In this document: piece after piece, positions 1-13,644 of the stretch
Layout: each line of letters begins with the position of its first letter
How positions within the stretch are numbered: position 1 is the first letter of the stretch
Origin: Eledone cirrhosa
Lineage: Eukaryota
Reading direction: 5' to 3'
DNA length: 64,000 nucleotides
Assembly (NCBI GenBank): GCA_964016885.1
Contig: OZ024742.1
Span: 301,196,001-301,260,000, forward strand
Notes under the pieces: generated by a model
Told to the model about the DNA's origin: nothing
Databases searched by the model: none
Seen by the model: only the letters and a program-made list of their open reading frames with translations
Position numbers and translations under genes: made by a program

Positions 1-574
1 CACTATACACCCACCCCCTGGGGAAGAAGGGTTAACAATAAGATAAGTAGTTTTTTTTTGTTTGTATTTTTTATAACCATCTTAAATTTTTCTTCATTTT
101 TCTTTGTTTTTCTTGTTGTTTTGTTTTGGATTTCACTAGTTTTTATTGTTGCTTCAATAAATTTTACTGACATTTTCCTTTGTCTTTCTATCTCCTGTTT
201 TGCTGTAAATGTGTGTGTGTGTGCATGTGAGAGAGCATATGTGTGAGTATGTTTTAATATATGAGAGAAAAAGGGTTGAGTACTTTACATATAGCTGAGT
301 ACTTTACATATAGCTGAGTACCCTACATATAGTAGAGTTGGCTCATTTATTTGAAGCTTAGGCTTTACTCTGTCACTACTCTGAGAGTCTTGTTTCTTTC
401 ACATTCCTTACATTGATGAATGTTAACACACACACACACACACACACTCTATACCTCTACTTCTTTACCAAACTCTTGACCTCTGTCTCTGTAGATTTTT
501 TTTTTTAGATTTTTGTGTGTGAATGTATAGCCTTAAGAATGTGTGGTATTGTGTGGTTGTTTCTCATTAATTGA

Positions 575-770
575 AGGTGTGTAACTTAGTGGTTTGGGTG
601 TTCAGCTCACAATCATAAGGTTGTGAGTTTGATTCCCGGTGTTGCGTTGTATCCTTGAGCAAGACACTTTATTTCATATTGCTCCAGTTGTATCTGTAAT
701 TCAAAGAGCCAGCTTTTTCACTCAGTGTATCATGCTGAATCTCTGAGAATTGCATTAAGGGTATATACGT
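575..770 (+). mobile_element. tRNA-derived SINE (family B), degenerate copy
   Basis: A-box-like 'taacttagtggtt', B-box-like 'gagtttgattccc', then 'ccttgagcaagacactttatttca..ttgctccagt' shared with the copies at 8195, 23234, 38415 and 43960. Confidence 0.7.
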
Positions 771-1894
771 TAATGGAATGGTCAGTTTCTTGGGCATTAG
801 TTTCTTGAGTTGGCTGTTCCATTGTTATGGAACACTCATAGTTGGAATGTCAGTAACAGCATGTGTGTGTCCACATGTATGTCTCATTATAATGTTTGTG
901 TCTTTGTTCATTGTATTTCTCTTACACACATACGCGCTGTTAAAGAGAAATATATACCAAATTCCAGCCAATATCAAAGTTGTTAGTTGTTCTACTATAT
1001 TTGTATGTTAAAACAACTGTTGGCCTGGTTTATTCCTCAAACAATCCGTGTGTGACTGTTTTCTTCATTATGATAACTGATAATGGTTTACACCTCTCAC
1101 TTGCACAGTATTTATGTCTATACCCTGGCAGAAACAGAAAAAAAGAGAAAAAAAGAACTGAACAAACTCTGTTTAACTCTACAAGTCAAATATATACCTG
1201 CAGGGGGAAGTATTGCTAGAAGTGTGGTGTAAAGCAATCCAGAGACCCAGTCTTCAGTTACAGGTCAGATAATTATTGCCAGTAAGATTCAGCAAACTTT
1301 GGTGTTTCTGTAAGAGAAATGTTTCATTGCACTTTCTCCTTCCCCCACTGCAATCCTTGCAAGCAGGGAGACTTCAATGATGATGTTGTTCATGATGATT
1401 AGTTAAACTGTTAATTCGTCAGATCTTTTCCTCATCACCACCACCTTGATTCCCTCATCCTATTATTTGCCAGATTTAAACATTTTTTCTTCTTATGTAA
1501 GTTATTTTTCAAAGGCAAGTTGCTAGAAATGCTAGTAGCAGACTAAATGTTTAATGGCATTTACTTACATTCCGTTTGGGTTCAATCCCTGCCAGAATCC
1601 ACTTCACTTTACATGTCTCTTAACATTGCTAAAATAAAAACCATCAGTTGTGTAGTAGGGTGTGAGTTAAATTCTGTCACCTCCTTACAAATCTGACATT
1701 GTAACATTATCATCAACATTTAACGTCTGTTTTCTCTGATAATTTGTAGCAGGTGGCAGCTGATTCCAGCATGAAAAATTCTTTTATTGTCTTATTTTAT
1801 TCAGAAAGACACATAACACACCACATAATTCCCTTTATTTCATTGGTCCACTAAGAAATCATTGTTATCATCACTTTTATTATTATTATTATTT

Positions 1895-2105
1895 GGATTG
1901 GCAGAATCTTAAGTGTCCAACAAAATGTTTTCCAGCATTTCATTCCGGTTCTTTATATTCTGAGTTCAAATTTCACTAAGTTCAACTTTGCCCTTCATCT
2001 TTCTGGGGTCCATAAAATAAAGTATCAGTCTAGTATTTAGGTTGATATAATCAACTTCCCCTCTCCCCAAATTGTTGGTCTTGTGCCTAAATTAGAAGCT
2101 GTTAT
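1895..2105 (+). mobile_element. tRNA-derived SINE (family A), diverged copy
   Basis: 'ggattggcagaatc...gagttcaaat...aactttgcccttcatctttctggggtccataaaataa' matches the many family A copies downstream. Confidence 0.7.
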
Positions 2106-3947
2106 TATTCATGCCAAGAGATAATAATGGTTTCTAATTTAGACACATGTACTAGGGTCAATATAATCAACTATAGCCATTCCCCAATATTAATGTCTGA
2201 AATTATTATTATTGGCAGTGAACGCTGGCTACTGTTAAGTTTGTCTTCTAACTCAATCCCTTCATGGCATAGCATCTCTCTCTCTGACTCACTCTTTCTA
2301 TCTCCCTCTCTGACTCACTCTTTCTATCTCCCTCTCACACACATACACCACATTTGGTGCCTTCAATAGCATATTTAATACTAGTGTTTGTAAATGATCA
2401 TTATGGATTTGATTTCCTCTTCATCATACTAAAAACCTCCCTATATTCAGATTTCTTCAGCTCTCGCTCCCACTGTTGTAATGCTGGCAAGGGAGGTAAC
2501 CTGTAAGTAGCCCAACTGATGTGGCATACGAAATTACCTAACCTTTTAAATGGTGGCTCCTCTGGCCAACACAATGTTGATCACCAACATGTACAGTAAA
2601 CCTACTTTGTTTATGTTGAATTTATTTATTCGGTTATGTGCTGAGGGTGGTGCTGTGTAGTAGCTACCCTTAGCTTTTCCTGAATCTTCCTCACCTTGTT
2701 TAGATTTGCATATTCGAAACAAGTGTTCACATTAAAAAATTATCAATATTTATCTTGCTTTATTTATTTTTCTTTTGCCTTGTCTTGCTTCCTTTCAAAA
2801 ATGAGCAATTGTGTGTGTGAAAGAGAAAGAGATGTGATGTGATAGTCTGTCTGTGTACGAGAGAAACTTGATGTGATGGGCTCGGTCCAATCTGTTTGCG
2901 TGTGAGATACCTGTAATGGCCTCTGTCCAATCCATATGTGTCTGTGGCTGTGTGAGAGAGATGTGATGGCCTCGGTTCGATTCATGTGTAGGACAAAGAC
3001 TCAATTGGTTGATTCAGTTATGCAAGACTTTACCAATATTTAGTGACAATCTTTGTAGAATCTATTTATAGTTTCATTTGTTATTATTGTGTTCCCCCTA
3101 CCTCCACCAATTTATGAGGTTTTCTTTTTTTTTTCTTTATATTTTTTATATTGCTGTGGGTTGTTAGTGATTTCCTTCTGCCCTTTCTGTCCCCACCCCC
3201 ACCACCATTACTCTCTGAGGATTTGTCAAATAAAAGTTCTATTTGTTAACTGCTAATCTTTTGTTGCTTGATTTCTGTTGTTGCAATAATAAACAGAACT
3301 ATACAAATATATATATATATATATAAATTATTGTTGTTGTCATTATTTTCAGAATCAGCCTGGTAGAGGCAGATTCAATGAGGTATCGAAATTATTCATC
3401 ATTTAACATCTAGTTTCCCTGCAATAAGTATTGGACAGGTCGATGCAACTGATCCCTTAGATGGGGGGGTCACATGACACAGTACTCTGGGGGCATTTTA
3501 TTTTGACACAACTCAAGAATTCTCTCAACCCTTTTTAAAACGATTTCTACAGCTGGATGTCTTTCCTATCACCAACCACCTTATAAGGTGTATTGGGTGC
3601 TTATATGTTGTACTTAGATGTGTCATGATTAACTAAGTTTTTCATTAATCCATTGTACCAGCTATGAACTGGGGTTATTCTAATTGACTGTTCCCTTCTC
3701 AAGAAATTATTGTTAATATCTAGTCCTAAATCATTCTTAATTAAACCAACCTATGGTTGAATGTATTTTAACCATAACCAGCATATCTGACAGCACATTA
3801 TTTAAAGTATACTTTTTAAGATGGCAGGGTATGATTTAAAGAATTGGCTATTTCTATCAGGTTGAGCATTTTTATAGAGGCTCCTTTATTGGGGCAATTA
3901 TCATTTCTTTGAGGGTAGGATTTCAGATCTAACATTCTATACCGCAT

Positions 3948-4120
3948 TAGCAAGACATTCAATGTATAAAAGTGTAAAACAGCATTACAATTACATCACA
4001 TTCTGTAACACATTAGTAAGGCATTTTATGTATAAAAGTGTAAGACAAGACTACAACTATATCACATAAGCAAGACATTCTGTGTATAAAAGTGTAAAAC
4101 ATTATAACTGTATCACATTA
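3948..4120. repeat. Three imperfect tandem copies of a ~55-65 bp unit
   Basis: 'aag(a/g)catt...tgtataaaagtgtaa(a/g)aca...ta(c/t)atcaca' recurs at about 3950, 4017 and 4069. Confidence 0.75.
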
Positions 4121-6279
4121 AACATTTTAATATTTATTCTAATAATGAAAATTTTCACAATTTGTCCACCAGTTAAGCTACTATAAACATTTGAATTATT
4201 AAATCCATGTCTTAGTATATTTTCTGCTAAATCATTGCAGGGAAACTCTCCTTAATTATTTTTCTGATAGTGAGGATGGTGATGATGATAATGAGGATGA
4301 TGATGGTGTTTTTACTGGTTCACATTGGACTGGTTTGGTTATTATCAGTTGTCCATATTGTTTACTTTTAATTTTTTCCTTACTTTCACCCCCCCCCCCC
4401 CCCTCCCTTTCTCTAATCTGTTTATCCTCTTTTTCTATTTTCTCTCTCTCTTTTACAAAGCAACTAATGTTGGTGTTTATTACTAACACACTGTGATCTG
4501 TGGTGGAAAGGACCTGGGTTGTACCGAAAGACATTGTGTTTATGTGTGTTTGCGTGTGTGCATGCTACTACAACAACAGCATTCTGGTGTTATGTATTTC
4601 TATTGTATTTTTTCCAGAACAATTTGTTGATTTAAATAAACTCTGCAACTCCTGTTTGTATTGTTTTAGCTGGGTTCATTTGTTTTCAACTAAAACTGGA
4701 ACATACCAGACATAATTCTGTGAATCCCTCTAAAAGAGGAGAAATAACTGACTGTAATGGGTCAGCCAACACATGCCAGCATGTAAAGCAGACATTAAAT
4801 GATAATAGTAACAAAACTTGACACAGGCACATGCACAATGTACGTCGCACACATTGTGGACATACTCTCTCTCTCTCACACATGATATATAGCTATACCA
4901 GAAATGATTTGGAAGTAAATAATTTTCTCTCCTAAGCTCATATTTCACTTGGTTGCCTCCAGTGTTGATATACTGGTATCAATGTAGCTGTCTAACCATC
5001 TCTACCTAATGGGCTTGTTCATAGATAAATCAAACAAAGGCCATTATACTCTCTCAACACATCGTTATATTAGAAGTAACAGTTATTTCTAATCATTATC
5101 ATTTAATGTCTACTTTCCATGCTAGCATGGATTAGATGGGTTGTCCCATTTGAGATAAGTTGGATCAGGTGACTCTCTTGCTCATATAGAACTGTTTCTT
5201 GCTAGATTTCTACAGCTGAATGCTCTTCCTAATGCCAACCACACTTACAGTGTGTGCTGGGAGCTTTTTGTCATGACTCTGACACAACCACTAAGGAGAA
5301 AATCCTCTTAACATCGTCTACTGCATAAAACTGCATTGGTAAGATATTCTCTGAAGGTACAAATCAACACTGGTACTTTATTTTATTGACCCCATAAGGG
5401 TGAAAGGCAAAGCTAACCATGACACTATTTGAAATCGGAATGTAAAAGGCTGTAATTCAATGCTGCAAAGTATGTCTGATGCTCTGCCAATCTAATATTC
5501 ATAATAATAATAATGATGATGTCTTAAGTACAAAGCCAGTAGTTTTGTAGGTGAGGAGTTGATCAAATCAACACCAGTACTTGACTGGTACTTTATTTTA
5601 TTGACCCTGGAAAGAGGAAAGAAAAGTTGATATTGGCAACATTTGAAACAGAACTTAGACAAATATAATTAAATACTGCAAAGTATTTTGTCTGTAGCTC
5701 CACCGTTTCTGCCAAATGAGTGAGATTGCCTCCAATACTGTTGCTATGTAAAATAGATCTCAGAAATATTTTTAGTTGTTACTTTATTCTGGCTAAGATC
5801 AACACACAGTCCCTTCCCAACTGGATTAACACGCACGCAGAGAGACACAGACACCTAGCACCTCTCTTCCCTTCTGCCTGATCAACATGTATAGCACATC
5901 CGCCCCTGCTTAATCAACACACACTCACTCTTTTCTCTCTCTTCTCTCTCTCTCTCTCACACACAGCGCCTCTCTTTCGTCTGATCAACACATAGTAATC
6001 ATCCTCCTCCTCCATTAACACTCACACAGCAATCCTCTCCCTTCCCTCCCCATATCTGGTCAACACACATACATAAACAAAATACAACACTGTTCAAATT
6101 TGATGATTTTAATTCTTCAAGAATTCTTTTGATGATAGATGTACAAACTAAATTTCCAGGATCTAAGTCAATATTTCATGTTTCTTTCCAAATACCAGGA
6201 GTTGGAAATGGACCTTTTAAGTTCTCCACTTAAAACTCTTGTATGATACTTGCCACAGGAAAACATGTCTTCCCATTAA

Positions 6280-6477
6280 CCCTTTAGCATTTACATTACT
6301 CTATATTTACTATTATATTTTCACGGCAAAGGCTTTATCTCAGATAATATCGAATCTATGAGATTTTGATATTATTTCTGTTGAGAACAATACCTTAACA
6401 TCAGTATGAGTGGCCGGTTTGAACAGAAAGAGGTAAGAGAATTCTGGCCTGATACGGCTGGTTTAAATGCTAAAGGG
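6280..6477. mobile_element. piggyBac-like MITE, copy 1
   Basis: Terminal inverted repeats CCCTTTAGCATTTA / TAAATGCTAAAGGG, flanked by TTAA at 6276-6279 and 6478-6481. Confidence 0.9.
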
Positions 6478-6819
6478 TTAATCTGTTGGGATTTCTCCTT
6501 GCAAAATCTGAAGCAACTTTTTGTTATCAATATTTCCTCCTGTTACTACACACACCACATTTCCTGAAAGTTTGTCTTTTGCTGCAATGGCTGCTGCTAC
6601 TGAAGATGCTCCTGCTCCTTCTGTTACAACATAATTACTCTCAACTAATAATTTAATGGCATCAGCTATATTTCTTGTATTGACCACTATGGTGTCATCG
6701 ATCACCTTTCTTGCCACTGCCCACACAGGAAGCATACACCCACGCCCTCCAATGCCATCACAGAAATTGGGTGTGTATCGGCAGGGCACAGCTTTTCCGG
6801 CTTTTTGACATTCATAAAC
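6478..6819 (-). CDS. Terminal coding exon 4 of the dehydratase/racemase-family gene
   Basis: ccttgcag acceptor. Reads VYECQK...FCDGIGG...VTEGAGASSVAAA...VVCVVTGGNID...IPTD*. Spliced CDS is 126+352+164+342 = 984 nt (327 aa plus stop). Confidence 0.95.
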   Translation of the reverse strand, partial: VYECQKAGKAVPCRYTPNFCDGIGGRGCMLPVWAVARKVIDDTIVVNTRNIADAIKLLVESNYVVTEGAGASSVAAAIAAKDKLSGNVVCVVTGGNIDNKKLLQILQGEIPTD

Positions 6820-7021
6820 CTGCAAGGAGTAATAAAAGAAATTGATAAGTTTTGTTTCTGTTGAAGCTGTTGTTCTTTCACCAATGAATGATGGTAATGG
6901 CATGTTGTTCATGTTCTTAGTAGTTTCACAAATGATTGTGACAGTACTGGTAAAATATTCAACACCAGATTAAAAGAATTATTTAGCAGTTAAGGCTTGG
7001 TATTTTCCATCATTAATTTAA

Positions 7022-7209
7022 CCCTTTAGCATTTATATTACTCTATATATACCATTATATTTGTGTGGGAAAGGTTTTTTCTCCCATAATATCGAATCTT
7101 CAAGATTTTGATGTTATTTATTTTGAGAACAATACCTTAACGTAAGTATGAGTGGCCAGTTTGAACAGAAATAGGTGAGAGAATTCTGGCCGGTTTAAAT
7201 GGTAAAGGG
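7022..7209. mobile_element. piggyBac-like MITE, copy 2 (intron 3)
   Basis: Same terminal repeats (one mismatch) and similar internal sequence to 6280-6477. TTAA at 7018-7021 and 7210-7213. Confidence 0.9.
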
Positions 7210-7760
7210 TTAAGGTATACTGTAAGTTAATGATTTAGATAGTTACATTGGATGCACAAACACGGGACTTTATCATCAGTATACCCTGCATTTACAACAA
7301 GGAACCAATTTAACACATTATTATACAGTACATGCAATAAAATTTAATTGAAAAATATTGATAACAATTATATACGTAATTCCTCATAAAGGAAAGTAAC
7401 TTTGATACCTTTACTGAAATACACACAAAAAGTCAACACAGATACAACATAGGTGAAATTAACTGTAAAATACTAGGAATTATCCAGTGAACATTTTCTT
7501 AAATCTAGCATTGGAGATTTTACTAGTACACCCAGGGTTCTTTTTGTCACCTACAAAGAACATATACATGTCATTTTTATTCTGAAAATGGGGTTGTGAA
7601 GGTCTTGAAAGATGTATAGAATTAGGTCACTGTTGTTTGAAATCAAAGACAAAAGATTAACAGAAAAATATGAATTTCTTAATAAAAAAGACAATTTGAA
7701 CAGAATCTTGGTTTTGACACACAGAGACACAGACACACACACAGAGACAGGAATATTTAC

Positions 7761-7924
7761 CTGAGGCGAAGTATCAACTTCACTTGTATAAATATTAACA
7801 TCAGGTTTGAGAGCTTTGATGGCAGTTCCCATCCCGGAGCTAAGAGCACCCCCTCCATATGGTATTATGATTGTGTTGACTTCTGGTAACTCCTGCAGTA
7901 TCTCCAGGGCCACTGTACCATTGC
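7761..7924 (-). CDS. Coding exon 3 of the dehydratase/racemase-family gene, with the glycine-rich phosphate-binding loop
   Basis: AG acceptor completes the split Gly codon. Reads GNGTVALEILQELPEVNTIIIPYGGGALSSG...SEVDTSPQ. GTAAAT donor, phase 0. Confidence 0.95.
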
Positions 7925-8194
7925 CTTTACAACAAAATATAGTAGAAGACATTAGTGTGCTAGGGTCAGTGTTGATGATGGTTATAATGGTGGTGGTTAT
8001 AGTGTTGTTGTTGATGATTTTTATAAATAAATGTGGTTGGCGTTAGGAAGGGCATCCAGCTGTAGAAACCAAGCCCAAACCAGTTCTGTATGAGGAAGAC
8101 ATGGTCAACTGGCCCAGCATTTCTCACAATAGGACAACTCGTCTAACCCATGCTGGCGTGGAAAAATAAACGTTAAACAGTAATGATGATGATT

Positions 8195-8534
8195 GGAGGC
8201 ACATAGCTTAGTGGTTAGAGCATTGGCCTTGCAATCGAAAGGTTGTGAGTTCAATTCTCAGACCGGGTGATGTGTTGTTTCCTTGAGCAAAACACTTTAT
8301 TTCACATTGCTCCAGTTTACTCAGCTGTACAAATGAGATGATAGGGACTGGGGTCCCTATCATTCCACTGCAAAGTGGTCGTGGAGGTGCCACAGCAAAA
8401 AAGCACCCAGCACTCACTGTAAATGAGGTTGGTGTTAGGAAGGGCATCCAGCTGTAGAAATCAAGCCAGAATCAGTTCCCGTCCCACCCTTGCAAGCAGG
8501 GAAAAAGCGGGCGTAAAATGAAAATGATGATGAT
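8195..8534 (+). mobile_element. tRNA-derived SINE (family B), near full length
   Basis: tRNA-like head (tagcttagtggttagagc...gagttcaattc), central 'ccttgagcaaaacacttt', tail 'ttaggaagggcatccagctgtagaaa' ending in (GAT)n. Confidence 0.85.
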
Positions 8535-9234
8535 TGGTGTTTAGTTATATGGTCATGGTTTATTTATTATATAGGCAATAATTTACTGAGAAGATTTTGG
8601 CATTGTGGTTGGTGTATTAGTGTTGTGTAATGGGATGGATCTGTGTTTGGTGGATTGTTATTGTCATAAGGTTAAGAGGAGGTTCTCCTGTGTGGGTGAT
8701 TGGATTGGTATTGTAGGCGTCTGGTATATGCATGTGGTTGTATGTGTAATTTCGGTGGCTATTGCAGAAGAGTGTAAATTTCCTTAGCTATTACAGAACT
8801 GAAAATATTGAAATAAAAATAGTCTTTGCAGAATTCTTCACAATGGCCTATATTTCTTTGCAGTTGTTCAATCATCTACCAGTGCACTTAAACAATCCAT
8901 ACATAAGTGCACTGTTGTTTCCTGTATCTTTTGTGTGTCTGTATTTCCTATCACCTTGCTAGCAGGAAACAGAAGCAGCTATTAAAGACATGAAAGCGTT
9001 TTTTTTTTTCAAATGACTGCATGTCGAAAATATTGAATTTTAATTGGTCGATTCATCCAAATGCAATTTGTAAAGTAGATAGTTAGCTTGCTAGGTTGGT
9101 AAATAGTTGTTTCTATGATAATTCTGCTCACACAGCTAAATTCAGACAATTATCACATCACCAGATGTGTATATATGTAGACAGATACAAAACATGTCTG
9201 TTACCAGAAAGACAGAAATTTCAATTATATAGTC

Positions 9235-9529
9235 CAGAGGTTCTGAAAGTGGGCGCTACCGCCCCTGGAGGACGTTGAGAAAGTCCAACGGGACAGTGGA
9301 GATGATATAAAATTATATATAAATATAGTAAAATAAAAATATGTAATATTTATTTATACATGATATATATTATATTATTCATTATAAATAAACTACTGAT
9401 TTTAGTTATTATATATTATTTACAATTTGCGTGTAGCTAGGTCTCTCTGGAAATAGGGGTGGATGGGGGCGCTGAGGGTATTACGTGACCGTGAGGTGGG
9501 CGGTGGCCCCAAAAGTTTGAGAATCTCTG
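9235..9529. mobile_element. Non-autonomous hAT-type MITE
   Basis: Imperfect terminal repeats CAGAGGTTCTGAAA / TTTGAGAATCTCTG with a perfect 8-bp target-site duplication ATATAGTC (9227-9234, 9530-9537). A partial related copy lies at about 48120-48240. Confidence 0.85.
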
Positions 9530-9757
9530 ATATAGTCCATTAAACAATTACAGAAACAAAACCAAGAATGAGACCACTACCTCATCCAAAGATAAAAATG
9601 TATAATAAAAAAAAAAATAGGAGTATAAATAAGTAAATTATTGGCAAGCAAGCGATCTTTAAATAGTCAATTTTAGACGTGAAAATGAAATGATGCTTCA
9701 CAGTCACCGCAGGTCTATAAGCACGCCAAGAAACGTCCACAGGCTCATGCCCTATGA

Positions 9758-10707
9758 CAGTGGTCGCCAACATGGGTTCTGTAAAACAAACTCCGGGTTC
9801 CTTAAAAAAATAAATATTTACATTACCATTAATATTTTGGGTTTTCTGAAAAAGGTGCAAAGAAAATGACAAAGATGCAATGTATAAATGAACGAGTACT
9901 ATTGTAGTGTACACAGGTTCTCCACTCCAATTCGTGGAAAACACTACTTTCAATTTCTCACTTGAATTAGCAGAAAAACACTGTTCTGAGATTCGTGGAA
10001 ATTGAATACTTTCAATTTCACATCAATTCACATAAAGTTTTTGATTTCCATGTGTCTAACACACGTGGGCATGCCCACAAAGTCAGAAAACAGCACAGTT
10101 CCCATGCTTTCGGAAACATTTTTTCACGCTCAGAGTTGCTGAAGCATGGAACAAACTGCCTGCATCAGTTGTTAGCTGTCGAGACACTGCATCCTTTAAG
10201 GCCTCCATGCTTCCCGAGATCCGCCAACACTACACCTAATGTTCCCCCTCCATACACATACACACATGTATACCATGACTCATACACTATTCACTTCCCT
10301 GACATTTGTGTATTATTTTATGTACTATACATACACCTTTGACGAGTTGTAGTGCACCTGAGCACTTTACACAATAATTTCATTATTATTATTCTTGGAA
10401 AGACATAGTTTTCTGAATTCCGAGAATTTGACTACTACTGATAATACACTAATTGAACTTAGAAATTGACCAATCACAAACAAGTAAATGTTGGTCGGTG
10501 ACAGCATAACTTTAAACTGATAACTTCAGTTCAGCGAGGTCTCTCAGCCGAGAGACTGGGTAAGTTCGCTGTTCTCACAACGTAAGTTCACTAAAATAAA
10601 TAAATACTTTATTATTTTTTTTTGAAAAGTTTTGTATTGTATAGGTTCCGTGAAGAATTCAAAATATTTAGAGGGTTCCTCGGTTTTAGAAAGGTTGGCG
10701 ACCACTG
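9758..10707. mobile_element. Non-autonomous hAT-type element with a nested CR1-like LINE fragment
   Basis: 14-bp terminal repeats CAGTGGTCGCCAAC / GTTGGCGACCACTG. 8-bp target-site duplication CCCTATGA / CCCTATGT (7 of 8 match). Confidence 0.85.
10035..10393 (+). mobile_element. CR1-group LINE 3' fragment
   Basis: Nearly the reverse complement of 48626-48975. Encodes NTRGHAHKVRKQ...FFTLRVAEAWNKLP across a frameshift and ends in an (ATT)n tail. Confidence 0.85.
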
Positions 10708-12356
10708 CCCTATGTGACCAGAAGAGTCAGTGCAGTTGGCCCGTGAAGCAACGTATGCCAGACAGTTATTAGTTATAAATACTAGTTATGTTAATGATTC
10801 TATAGATAGAGTAGTGTAAAAAAAACAAAATGAAACTAGATTAGATCACTACCTAGCTTTGGGTACTTTGCATTGATAGATATTATATTCCTAGGGGCTG
10901 TGAAATAATTCTGAACTACATTATATAAAGGAATGCGGTTTGGCGAACAATAACCAGTGAAGTGACGATTAACTGGTCTACCCAAGGCTCAAGGGCCTAC
11001 CAACTGTTACGAGTATTTTCGCCTTCAGAAAGAAAGGGAAATTTATTTTTCCAAGCACTCCAGGAAGATGGACAGACCCAGGCGCTGTGAGTAAAAGTAA
11101 GAAAGCCGTCACAGCCAGTCGTTTATCCAACGTATACCAAATGATTATTAGTTATTCATATCAGTGATGTGAATCGTAGGAGAGCTTAAATGTAGTACAA
11201 TTTAATGAAGTAGGCAAAGAAACTATACTCAATCTCATACTAACCTGGGTTCCATGTGTTGTTCAGTTTTGAATTCATATGGGATATATAAGTATAGGTG
11301 AGATATAGATATATACCTTAATACTACAACTTACTTGCGTCTCTATGTAATAATTATAATATGGGAACTATATCGCATGGTACATGTTGAGTGAATCCTA
11401 AGTGGGTGGAGGAAATAACTAAATAAATGAATAGATATATAAATGGTTGATAAATATGTGAAAGAGATAGTGAAGCGTAGTTAATGAAAAGAAACGTTTC
11501 TTGCAGCGGGGACGTGTGATATCTTGTAAGGGCTACTGGATAACACTAGGGCCAAGACGTGCACAAGTGAATTCAGGAAAAAAAGAGAAAAAACAGTGTA
11601 GAAAGTAATAGTCTAGTATAGGGAAATAAGTTTAGGTAAGAGTTGAGTAAAAACCAAGGATAAGTATATAAAGAATATAAAATGTAATCGTACACAGAGT
11701 GGTAAGAATGGAATTAAATAGGAAAATATCGAAGAAATAAAAAATAAATACAAATCAAAGTGTAACAAATAAACAATAGATAATACGGTTAAAAATATAG
11801 ATGATAGAAAAATAAAGGTGGCATTAGGTGATGTGTAGTGTAGGTTCGAGTATTAACCATTTATGTAAATACCTAAAAACTATAAAATATAGATGCAAAA
11901 TTCAGTCAATACAGAGTATAGTAGGACATGCGGATTGTTCAAAGAATTTGTGAAGTCCTACGGAGGTTTGGATGTTCCAGATAGGGATGTGTAGTAAGGT
12001 GTGGGTCCGAGTAGTGAGGTAGACTTATTTACTGCAGCTAATGTCAGACTGGTGTGTAGTTAGCCCCATGGTAGCAATAGCTGCATGCTGGTGCCAGGGC
12101 TGCTGTTCTCCATTACATCATAAAGTGCTGAACAGTATAAGCAGCATTATTCATTTAAGTTTGGTGGTTCACCACTGGATAGAACTGGTCATTCCGTATA
12201 GTCAACCATGATGTAATATTAGGAAAAGCACTCGAGGTTATGCAACGTAGCCATCTTCGATATTAAATCTTGGTGGTGAGGGAACGGAGTTAATTATCAT
12301 TGAGTAAAATGACAGGAGGCCGGACTTGTGAAATTCCTTCAAGGATTTATTATAGC

Positions 12357-12418
12357 AAACACTATGCACATTTCAATGACCAGGTTGCGTAGGATCCTGG
12401 TGACATCATCAGGTGTTT
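12357..12418 (-). ncRNA. Type I hammerhead ribozyme motif
   Basis: Minus strand reads AAACAC-CTGATGA-tgtca CCAGG..CCTGG tcatt-GAAA-TGTGCA-TA-GTGTTT. Stem I is 6 bp and AATAAA follows. Confidence 0.85.
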
Positions 12419-12578
12419 ATTGCATAATAGTTATATAATAAAGGAATAGTGGTAAACACAATCCAAGAGGCTAAAAAACAAAAAATGTTTTTGACTCGAA
12501 GGCGGCCAGGGCCAGTTGTTGTCAGTATACATATATACATATGTATATATATATATATACATTTATATATATATATAC

Positions 12579-12616
<38 letters not shown>

Positions 12617-12792
12617 TATATATATATATATACAGTATATATATATTTTATATGTGTGTGTGTGTGTGTCTGATGGTAGCTAAGGTGCTTCCATAGGCAG
12701 TATGCCGGTTGAGCACTCTATGCTCTTACAGAGCAGAGTATGATATAATATAAAACGAAAAATCAGTGATGCATCTGAACTCAATTTATTGT

Positions 12793-12864
12793 GTGTTACA
12801 ATTGTTTCGCCGGCGGACAGCTCGAGACACGATCATTGTGTGGATCTGCAGGTTCGACGGACAC
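12793..12864 (-). ncRNA. Degenerate hammerhead-like motif
   Basis: Minus strand reads GTGT-CCGTCGA-...-GAAA-CAATTG-TA-ACAC then AATAAA. The core has two deviations from CUGANGA. Confidence 0.4.
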
Positions 12865-13068
12865 GTCTAATGATTTCGGTGCAAATTCCTTCACTGGGGT
12901 GTTAGAGTCAAAAACATCCTCTTCGTGCGTCCTGTTATTGGCTGCTGCTTTTCTACGTCATCGTAAATCTGACCAACAGGTGTGAATTCTACTGACCATC
13001 AGCTTTTCTTTCTGCCACACTTCGATGAATTACTACTGGGTTTGGTATTTTACGCGTCCACGCTCGCA

Positions 13069-13137
<69 letters not shown>

Positions 13138-13578
13138 ACACAATCACATATATAACAACATCCGTACGCATAGACTCCCGCTATACACACACACTTAAGG
13201 AGAAAAAATAAAAAAAAAACATTGACATATGCATCCACAGACGCCTGCCTACATGCCCATCACAGGCACAGATACAGACTCGCTCACAAACACATATATA
13301 TATACACACACAAAAACACGCCCTTTCACTACATTGGGTGCTTGTACACACACACACACACTGGCTCATATACACTCTTACAAATATGCGCATATTCACA
13401 TACAGGCCCACGCACGGCTACAAAGATATATATATATATATATATATGTAAAGTTATATTTAAAATTGTTGGGTTACAACTAGTAAATATTTATAACTGA
13501 TATAAAAGCACTCGACAAATATTTGGAGTATATTTACAATATTAAATAAATGGAAAACTATATTTATAAAACCATATT

Positions 13579-13644
13579 TATTTCATTATATATATTTCGG
13601 GGATATCATATTAACAATATGTTATGCCTTCATCAGACAAAATA
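13579..13644 (-). ncRNA. Type I hammerhead motif in the inverted pseudo-LTR
   Basis: Reverse-complement copy of 16467-16532. Confidence 0.65.

Noticed and set aside
1-4660. Possible 3' UTR of a convergent plus-strand gene (T-rich, AATAAA near 3229, 3288 and 4635)
   Set aside because: No coding exon or splice evidence in the window, so it cannot be supported without transcripts.
6820-6912. N-terminal extensions of ORF-track calls 6478-6912 and 7551-7952
   Set aside because: Intronic read-through beyond the splice sites. Family similarity stops at the AG/GT boundaries.
8195-8275. tRNA gene
   Set aside because: A and B boxes are present but run into a repeated SINE body. It is a SINE head, as are similar heads elsewhere.
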